Assembly (NCBI GenBank): GCA_900661335.1
Contig: CAACVY010000003.1
Span: 99-64,098 of the forward strand
Length of the DNA: 64,000 nt
Reading direction: 5' to 3'
Source: an uncultured bacterium
GTDB taxonomy: Bacteria; Verrucomicrobiota; Kiritimatiellia; PWTM01
Shown here piece by piece: positions 57,748 to 64,000 of the stretch. Each line of letters begins with the position of its first letter. Positions within the stretch are counted from its first letter, which is position 1. Made by a program: the position numbers and the translations under genes. The notes under the pieces were generated by a model, which was not told the DNA's origin, ran no database searches, and saw nothing but the letters and a program-made list of their open reading frames with translations.

Positions 57748-59106
57748 GTGAAATCGGCTGTGCCATTGGATGTGATCCTCTCGGGCTTCGGATACCTGAA
57801 GCTCTCCGAGGAGCGGCGCCGAACGCTGTGGACCGTGGGGTTGATCAGCCTTTTGCTCCACGTGGCGGCGTTGCTGGTGTTCGGCTCGTGGGTAGTCATC
57901 CGTTCGTTGTTGGAAGAGCGCACGGTCTTCACCGCTCCGCCGCCCCTCAAAACCTATGAACCGCGCAAGCTGGAACATCAGGTGAAGGTGACCAAGCGGC
58001 AGCGCAGTTCTAGCCGACCGGCGGTCATGCCCCGAATGGTCGCGGCGCGGCCGTCGAGCCTGGCGTTGCCGGAAATCAAAGTGGATCCCAAAGTGGTCCG
58101 GACCAGTTTCCAGCCGAAATTTAAGGCGATCACCGGCATCGGGCTCGGCGCGGGCCTGGGGCAGGGCTACGGGCTGGGAGGCTTCGGCGAGGGCGTCTCG
58201 GCCTTCGACTTCTTCGGCATCCGTGGCCGCGGTGAAAAGATCATGATTTGTGTGGACGTGTCCATCAGTATGGTGGAGGAAGAGCGCGGTGGGTTCGAAG
58301 GGTTCGATCGAGTCCGTGCGCGACTCGGCCAGGTGATCGATGCGCTGACGGAGAAGACGTTGTTCAACGTTGTGGTCTTCGCCGATGCCGCGCAGACGTT
58401 CCGGGACGAGATGGTGCCGGCGACGGACGCGAACAAGCGGGAGGCGAAGAAGTTTCTAGCCCAGTTCAACACTCCCAAGAACTACGGTTTGACTTCGGGC
58501 AACGTCCGGTCCGTGGACCTCGGGCTGAAGGCGAAAGGCGGCACCACCCGGCTGGACTTGGCCCTCACGGCGGCGTTCCTCCAAGGCGCCGATACGATCT
58601 TGATCATTTCCGACGGACTTCCTCGCGTGGCCAAAGATATCACGGCGGATCAACTGGCCGCGTGGAATGCGCGGTTGGAAGAGTGGCGCAAAGCGAACGA
58701 GGCCGCGCTCCGTGCTTATGACGAAGCCGTAGCCAAGATGGAATGGCGCGAAGAGCGCGTGTGGATTCCACCGAAGCCGGCTCAACCCGCCAAGCTGCGC
58801 GAGAACGGCGGCTCGGGCGGTTCGGGACCTACGGAGGGCCATTGGGCAACTCGACGGGTACCCACGCGCCCATTGCCACCGCGGCCGAAGCCGCCCGAAA
58901 TGCCGGAGAGCATGAAGTGGTGGACATTGGAAGATTTCTTTGAACATTTCCGGCTGTTGCACGAGCAATGCTATGTCAAGAAAGGCAAGAAGCCGCCCGT
59001 CGTGCACGCCATCGGCTACGGTATTGACAAGGAAGGCGCGGATTTCTTGCGCGAGTTCACCAAGAAGTACAACGGCTCGTTCCGCAGCATCAGCCGAATT
59101 CAATGA
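57748..59106 (+). CDS. membrane-anchored vWA (MIDAS) domain protein with TonB/TolA-type SxxxH transmembrane helix
   Basis: The GTG lies 7 nt after AGGAGG. The TM helix is LWTVGLISLLLHVAALLVFGSWVVI, with S34 and H38 in SxxxH spacing. The vWA domain has MIDAS residues CVDVSISM (DxSxS), GGTTRLD and IISDG. Its last strands (VVHAIGYGIDKEGADFLREF...) are separated from the core by a coiled/Pro-rich insertion of about 110 aa. Confidence 0.8.
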   Translation: MKSAVPLDVILSGFGYLKLSEERRRTLWTVGLISLLLHVAALLVFGSWVVIRSLLEERTVFTAPPPLKTYEPRKLEHQVKVTKRQRSSSRPAVMPRMVAARPSSLALPEIKVDPKVVRTSFQPKFKAITGIGLGAGLGQGYGLGGFGEGVSAFDFFGIRGRGEKIMICVDVSISMVEEERGGFEGFDRVRARLGQVIDALTEKTLFNVVVFADAAQTFRDEMVPATDANKREAKKFLAQFNTPKNYGLTSGNVRSVDLGLKAKGGTTRLDLALTAAFLQGADTILIISDGLPRVAKDITADQLAAWNARLEEWRKANEAALRAYDEAVAKMEWREERVWIPPKPAQPAKLRENGGSGGSGPTEGHWATRRVPTRPLPPRPKPPEMPESMKWWTLEDFFEHFRLLHEQCYVKKGKKPPVVHAIGYGIDKEGADFLREFTKKYNGSFRSISRIQ

Positions 59107-60323
59107 CGCGCCGCCGGCTCGGCGGTCGTGATGAACTCGAGGTAGTCGTGGAACACCTCCACGAGGCCGGCACCGAATTCCTCCCACAGCGCGCCGGAGG
59201 GCGGACAAGACCGATTCGCAATCCAGTTGGCGTTCAACTCCAACACTACGGCATCCAGCCCATAGCGCGTCCAAATCCCTTCACCAAAGGTGCCGGGATT
59301 GGAGAAAATCGAGTGGCCTTCAGAAAACCATGTGTATTGGCGTAGCGCGGCCTCCAAACGTTCCATGCGACTGCGAAACTCTTTCAGCGCGGGTTCGTCG
59401 CCGGCCGGCAGGTGGAGTTTACCGTGGCCATCGTTGTGCAAATCAATGAGTAATGCAGGACGGCGATTTGCGGCCAGTTCGCGTTCGAGCCATCGCTCGA
59501 ACGCTGCGTTCTCGGGTGCTACTTCGGGGTCGGCGGGAACGTCCCACTTTCGATTGAGGTCTGCCCCACGGGCGTTGAACCGAGTCCAGCCGGCGACGAC
59601 TCCGTCCTTGTTCGCCATCGGCAACACGCAAACTTTGCACCGAGTCAACAACCGCTGAGAGGCGACGTCCATGGACACCAATCGTCGCAGCAGCCCTTGA
59701 ACCACCCAGTTGCCGCCGGACTCCCACGGATGTGCCCGCGCGCGCAGCACGATGGAACATGTCGTCGTCGGCGCGCCCACGGTCACCATTTCTAGCGGCC
59801 GTCCCTGTACAGTTTGGCCGACGACTTCAACGGTGACCCGTGGGCTGCGGCGGAGTTCTTCGAGCAGTCGTTCTAGGTCGGAAAGCCGGTATGGCTCCAC
59901 GCGCGCGATGTGTAGGCAGGGGCCGGGCATGGTCACCGCAAGGCGCACGCAGTTGGAGTGGAGGATTTCGGTCGCCACGGGACTCCATTCGCGCCCATTC
60001 GGCGACACGTAGAGAGTGCTCATTTCGTTCGCTGCGGAACTTGATCGTCCGTTCCACACGTTCAGCAAGTTCGTGAACTCCAGTGTCCAGGTGGTGCCCG
60101 AGGGAGCATGCAGCACCGTATAGATATGCCCAGCTGCGCGGTTGGGAGAGTTCCGTTCCTGGTCGTAGACAAGGTGGATCCGAATCTGTCGCTCCCCGAT
60201 GAGCTCCCACCACAGCGGCGAGCCGTTTTCCATTTTGGTTTCTAGGTAGGGTAGCTCTGGCTGGGCCATCGCGGCAACGGACAGGGCAGCCAGGGTTAGG
60301 AACTCCTGCGTGGTGCGTGTCAT
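59100..60323 (-). CDS. M14 family zinc carboxypeptidase with N-terminal beta-sandwich domain
   Basis: The signal is FLTLAALSVAAMA. The zinc and substrate motifs are RAHPWESGG (HxxE), GADLNRKW and LIDLHNDGH. The ATG at 60323 overlaps the upstream stop (ATGA). Confidence 0.8.
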   Translation of the reverse strand: MTRTTQEFLTLAALSVAAMAQPELPYLETKMENGSPLWWELIGERQIRIHLVYDQERNSPNRAAGHIYTVLHAPSGTTWTLEFTNLLNVWNGRSSSAANEMSTLYVSPNGREWSPVATEILHSNCVRLAVTMPGPCLHIARVEPYRLSDLERLLEELRRSPRVTVEVVGQTVQGRPLEMVTVGAPTTTCSIVLRARAHPWESGGNWVVQGLLRRLVSMDVASQRLLTRCKVCVLPMANKDGVVAGWTRFNARGADLNRKWDVPADPEVAPENAAFERWLERELAANRRPALLIDLHNDGHGKLHLPAGDEPALKEFRSRMERLEAALRQYTWFSEGHSIFSNPGTFGEGIWTRYGLDAVVLELNANWIANRSCPPSGALWEEFGAGLVEVFHDYLEFITTAEPAARH

Positions 60324-61477
60324 TGGGGTACTGCTCCAACGGATCCGACGCGCGAGCGGTAACCTTGTTCCAGATCTGCGGTGGTGGCGAGATCGTAGTA
60401 CATGCCCACGGGGCCATGGGGGCGCAAGGCCGCCTGAACGTTGGCCTCCTCGGATGCCCAAACGCTCAGCAGTTCTTTCGGTACGAAATCGCGCAGGGAC
60501 GCCGCCTCGCCGAACGTCCGCTGGGCGCGCGTGAATTTTCCCGCGGCGCTCAAGGCCAGAGCCAGACGCACAGTGGCTTCAGCTTCAATGGACCGCGCAG
60601 CGTTCCCGGCTTGGCGTGCGCGCTGCCGGGCTTCTTCGTAGGAGGCGATCGCATCTTCGAGTCGGGATTTGCCCTGAAACGCTCGCCCCCGCAATAGAGC
60701 GATGTCCGCAGCCTCCGTGTCGGCCAGCGTAGGATCGCCGATGTCCTGCACGGCCTCCAGCGCGCGCTCGGGTTGACCTGCGGCCAGCCACGCGCGGGCT
60801 TCTTCCCGACGGGCCTGTCGCCAGAGCTCAGTTTGGCCCACGCTCGGAGCCACCGCCAGCGCGGCGACGTTCGACCAGGCTACGGCCGCGTCCACATGCC
60901 GACGTTGGCGGGTGCGTGCACGTGCCAGGATTTGCGCCGTGGGCAACTGCACGGCCGCGTTGGTTTGGGATGAGCGGTTCCAGGCTTCCAACGCCCGGCT
61001 GGCAAAGTCTGCAGCTCGCTCGTCGTCGTTCAGTTCGGCAAACACCCACGCCGCTTCGGACAGGAGCTCACCCACCAGCTCTGGTGACTCGACCCGCAAC
61101 GCGTGGGCTTCGTCCAATGCGCGTTGCAACCAACGGAGGGCTTCGACGCGGTCGCCGGCCCGGTAGGCCAGGCGAGCGCGGACGCGATAGATCCGCGGCC
61201 TCGTTTCGGGTCGGAGCGGTTCGCGACAGGATTCGAGCCGTTGCAGAGTAGCGGCGGAGAACGTTGCATCGCCCAGTTCCGCGGCCATTTCGGCGATCTG
61301 AATCCAACACGTGTCGGGGGCAGGCTCGCCCCGCTGCACTTCCCAATGTTCCGCCGCTGAACGCCATGTGGCCAACACTTCCTCGCGCGAGCGGCCGACC
61401 GCCCAGCGCGCGTTGCCAAGTTCGAACTCTACCGGCGCCTGGGATCTCACCAAATTACGGGACTGTAGCTCCGACAA
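60320..61477 (-). CDS. TPR-like helical repeat protein
   Basis: Repeated A-x-x-x-A-L helical pairs are present (RARLAYRAGDRVEALRWLQRALDEA, AADFASRALEAW, EARAWLAAGQPERALEAV, LLRGRAFQGKSRLEDAIASYEEARQRA). It is translationally coupled to the M14 peptidase. Its 5' end overlaps the last 31 nt of pnp, so the true start may be internal. Confidence 0.6.
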   Translation of the reverse strand: MSELQSRNLVRSQAPVEFELGNARWAVGRSREEVLATWRSAAEHWEVQRGEPAPDTCWIQIAEMAAELGDATFSAATLQRLESCREPLRPETRPRIYRVRARLAYRAGDRVEALRWLQRALDEAHALRVESPELVGELLSEAAWVFAELNDDERAADFASRALEAWNRSSQTNAAVQLPTAQILARARTRQRRHVDAAVAWSNVAALAVAPSVGQTELWRQARREEARAWLAAGQPERALEAVQDIGDPTLADTEAADIALLRGRAFQGKSRLEDAIASYEEARQRARQAGNAARSIEAEATVRLALALSAAGKFTRAQRTFGEAASLRDFVPKELLSVWASEEANVQAALRPHGPVGMYYDLATTADLEQGYRSRVGSVGAVPQ

Positions 61478-63342
61478 GGCGTTCTCGCACTCAACATCCC
61501 GATCTCGCGGCGGGCGGCTTCCATGCCCTCTTTCGAAACGCTGTACACGCGAACCGTGCCGTCGTCCTCCACGTCAATCTGGACTTTGTACGTTTCCGTG
61601 ATACGACGGATGTTCTTGCCGCCCGGTCCGATCAAGGCGCCAATTTTGTCCACTGGAATTCTGAAGACTTCCACCCGCGGCGCATAGGGCGAGAGCTCCG
61701 GGCGGGGCGCGGAGATCACCGAGTCCATCACGTCGAGAATTTTCAGCCGCGCCACACGCGCCTTCTCCAAGGCACGTTCCGTGATCTCCCAATCGAGCCC
61801 CCGGAGTTTCAAATCCACTTGAAAGCCCGTGATACCTTGCCGCGTGCCCGCCACTTTGAAGTCCATATCGCCGCAATGGTCTTCCGTGCCCAGGATATCG
61901 GTCACCAACACGGGCTCGTGACCGGGCCCGGTGAACAATCCAATCGAGATTCCCGCGACGGGCTTGGCCAACGGCACTCCGGCATCCATCAGCGCTAAAC
62001 TGCCCGCGCACACACTGGCCATCGAGGAAGAGCCATTCGACTCCATGATCTCGACGACCACCCGGACGGTGTAGGGATAGTCTACGGGCATCAGTGGCCG
62101 CAGACTTCGCTCGGCCAGCGCACCGTGTCCGATCTCGCGACGGCCCACGGGGCCCAGACGGCCCACCTCGCCCACGGAGTACGGCGGGAAGTTGTAGTGA
62201 AGCAAGAAGCGCTTCTCCTCCGGCCCCCCGGCAATGGCATCCAAGTCCTGAGCGTCTTCGGTCGCACCGAGGGTCACCGTGGCCAGCGCTTGGGTTTCCC
62301 CGCGCATGAACAGAGCCGACCCGTGGGTCCGCGGCAACACGCCCACCTGGCAGTACATCGGTCGAATCTCGTCCAACCCCCGACCGCCGACTCGCACCCC
62401 CCGCTCCAACACGCGGCGGCGGACGACCTCGATCTCCAACCGGTCCGCCACGTTCCGAATGTCGCTGGAACTCAACCCCGGCTCGACCTCCAACAGCCGC
62501 TGCTGCAGCTCTTCCCGAATCTGCTCGACGCGTTCTTCCCGAGCCTTTTTCTCGGCAATGTCCATGGCGGCGTCCAACGCCGCGCCAACCCACTCCCGCG
62601 CCCGCGCCAACCGCTCCGGCGGCACCAGTGGGTGTTCCTCGATCACCTTGTCCGGCAGCCCCATCATCCGCCGTAACTCGATCTGCGCATCGCAAATCTT
62701 GACCACTTCCTGATGCGCCAGCTTCATCGCGGCGAGGATGTCGGCCTCGGAAATCTCCTTCGCAGAGCCCTCCATCATGATGAACTTCTCGCGTGTCCCC
62801 GCGTACACCAGGTCCAGGTCGCTCTGCGGCAACATCGACTGACTCGGGTTGATCACCCACTGTCCGTTCACCCGGCCGACCCGCACCGCGCCGATGGGAC
62901 CAAGGAAGGGGATGTCCGACAACATCAACGCAGTGGACGCCGCGATGATGCTCAACACGTCGGACTCGTTCTCTCCGTCCGCGCATAGCAGGGTGTTGTT
63001 CACCTGCACATCATTGCGGTAGTTCTCGGGGAACAGCGGCCGAATTGGACGATCGGTCATCCGCGCCACTAGAACCTCTCGTTCCGTAGGACGCGACTCG
63101 CGTTTGAAATAGCCGCCAGGCATCTTGCCCGCCGCGTAGAACTTTTCGCGGTACTCGACCTGGAGCGGAAAGTAGTCGATATCCTCCCGCGGCCGGTCGG
63201 TGCGCGTAACGGCGGAGAATACCACCGTACTGCCCTGTCGAGCCAAGGCAGCGCCCGCCGCTTGACGGGCCAGTAAACCAGTTTCGAGCGTAAGGGTTCC
63301 CGTACCAACGGGAATTTGGACGGACTTCGACGAATTCATCAT
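61447..63342 (-). CDS. pnp: polyribonucleotide nucleotidyltransferase (PNPase) lacking the C-terminal S1 domain
   Basis: Both RNase PH cores are present (FPLQVEYREKFYAAGKMPGGYFKRE; HGALAERSL; GSSSMASVCAGSLALMDAGVP), as is the KH domain (IPVDKIGALIGPGGKNIRRI). The ORF stops 14 codons after the KH-flanking helix, at 631 aa. Confidence 0.88.
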   Translation of the reverse strand: MMNSSKSVQIPVGTGTLTLETGLLARQAAGAALARQGSTVVFSAVTRTDRPREDIDYFPLQVEYREKFYAAGKMPGGYFKRESRPTEREVLVARMTDRPIRPLFPENYRNDVQVNNTLLCADGENESDVLSIIAASTALMLSDIPFLGPIGAVRVGRVNGQWVINPSQSMLPQSDLDLVYAGTREKFIMMEGSAKEISEADILAAMKLAHQEVVKICDAQIELRRMMGLPDKVIEEHPLVPPERLARAREWVGAALDAAMDIAEKKAREERVEQIREELQQRLLEVEPGLSSSDIRNVADRLEIEVVRRRVLERGVRVGGRGLDEIRPMYCQVGVLPRTHGSALFMRGETQALATVTLGATEDAQDLDAIAGGPEEKRFLLHYNFPPYSVGEVGRLGPVGRREIGHGALAERSLRPLMPVDYPYTVRVVVEIMESNGSSSMASVCAGSLALMDAGVPLAKPVAGISIGLFTGPGHEPVLVTDILGTEDHCGDMDFKVAGTRQGITGFQVDLKLRGLDWEITERALEKARVARLKILDVMDSVISAPRPELSPYAPRVEVFRIPVDKIGALIGPGGKNIRRITETYKVQIDVEDDGTVRVYSVSKEGMEAARREIGMLSARTPCRSYSPVIW

Positions 63343-63369
63343 GCTGTGTTCGACGGTACGAGCCCGGCA

Positions 63370-63389
63370 CTCGCGCTCGATTCCGCGAG
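63370..63389 (-). promoter_or_regulatory. hairpin in the rpsO-pnp intergenic leader (candidate RNase III / attenuation site)
   Basis: CTCGCG-N8-CGCGAG forms a perfect 6-bp inverted repeat, 28 nt upstream of the pnp ATG and 30 nt after the rpsO stop. The functional suggestion is by analogy with the enterobacterial pnp leader only. Confidence 0.25.
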
Positions 63390-63418
63390 AACCGTCCGAA
63401 CGTTGCGGTCATCCATGC

Positions 63419-63682
63419 TCAATGGCGCAGGCCGAGGTGCTCAATCACCTTCAAATACCGGGGGTGATCGGTTCGGCGAAGGTACTCGAGCAAGCGGCGA
63501 CGCTTGCTCACCATGAGGATCAATCCTCGGCGGGAAGCGTGATCCTTCCGGTTCCGCTTCAAATGCTCCGTCAACGCGTGGATCCGCGCCGTCAGCAGTG
63601 CGATCTGCACTTCTGACGATCCCGTGTCGCGTTCGTGACGTTGCAATTCTTTCGGTATCTTCCCGCTCACTGCACTTTGCAT
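63419..63682 (-). CDS. rpsO: 30S ribosomal protein S15
   Basis: [50 protein letters not shown] is the canonical S15 sequence. Confidence 0.92.
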   Translation of the reverse strand: MQSAVSGKIPKELQRHERDTGSSEVQIALLTARIHALTEHLKRNRKDHASRRGLILMVSKRRRLLEYLRRTDHPRYLKVIEHLGLRH

Positions 63683-63918
63683 GAATGTGCCCGTTTCCGT
63701 CTTGGTTCCTCTCGTTGTTTGTTATTTGCCTGTTGTACTGTACCAAACAGCGCGCCGCCTGTAAAGTCCGAGCTCGAACGCGTCCGTGGCCGCCCATCGG
63801 ATCCGACGGCACAAAGTCGAGCCGGGGCAAGTCCCACGCGGGTCGTTCGGCTGGGCCCTCGGTTTGCATGTCCCTCCCCGCAGTTGTTCAACCACTAGCT
63901 TTCCAGTATCCTCGCCGC

Positions 63919-64000
63919 ATGAAACCAGTTCGGTATAGCTGGCTGGCCCCGCTCTTCGCAGTCCTGGCTTCGCTGGCTGACCTCCATGCGGCGTCGCCGA
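63919..64000 (+). CDS. 5' end of a secreted protein gene (truncated by the window edge)
   Basis: The ATG at 63919 gives MKPVRYSWLAPLFAVLASLADLHAASP, a signal-peptide-like sequence. The frame is open to the end of the window. Confidence 0.4.
   Translation, partial: MKPVRYSWLAPLFAVLASLADLHAASP

Noticed and set aside
61574-62986. A 470-aa minus-strand ORF inside pnp.
   Set aside because: It is an alternative frame of pnp and is Gly/Arg-rich. The pnp frame has unambiguous RNase PH and KH motifs.

Overview
This is a high-GC bacterial chromosome segment; hand counts give about 63-67% G+C in coding lines. It is densely packed with about 48 genes. I saw no rRNA, CRISPR array, transposase or integrase, and found one tRNA-Leu(UAA). 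The gene content suggests a PVC-group organism, probably Verrucomicrobiota (inference only): an FtsZ-containing dcw tail (ddl-ftsQ-ftsA-ftsZ), Tat-signal Gfo/Idh/MocA oxidoreductases, GH116, beta-helix/LamG secreted proteins and ArnT-like glycosyltransferases. Housekeeping genes recognised: ddl, ftsQAZ, two tandem mgtE, dapA, rpmI-rplT, cstA, pckG, rsmI, pcm, lepB, a ychF-like gene, rpsO-pnp, an M24 peptidase and an alkaline phosphatase. The most interesting region is a co-directional, almost gap-free 11-kb block at 47960-59106. It encodes a CPBP protease, a DnaE-like protein whose catalytic Asp pair is mutated, a large frameshifted TPR protein, a second TPR protein, ExbB, two ExbD copies, and a membrane protein that joins a TonB/TolA-type SxxxH anchor to a complete vWA/MIDAS domain. 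Other notable items are a single ORF fusing LMW-PTP, RpiB and SHMT, a PNPase that ends after its KH domain with no S1 domain, and two lower-GC stretches with no intact ORF (1-2171 and 25695-27881). All product calls rest on motif recognition by eye; no database search was run.
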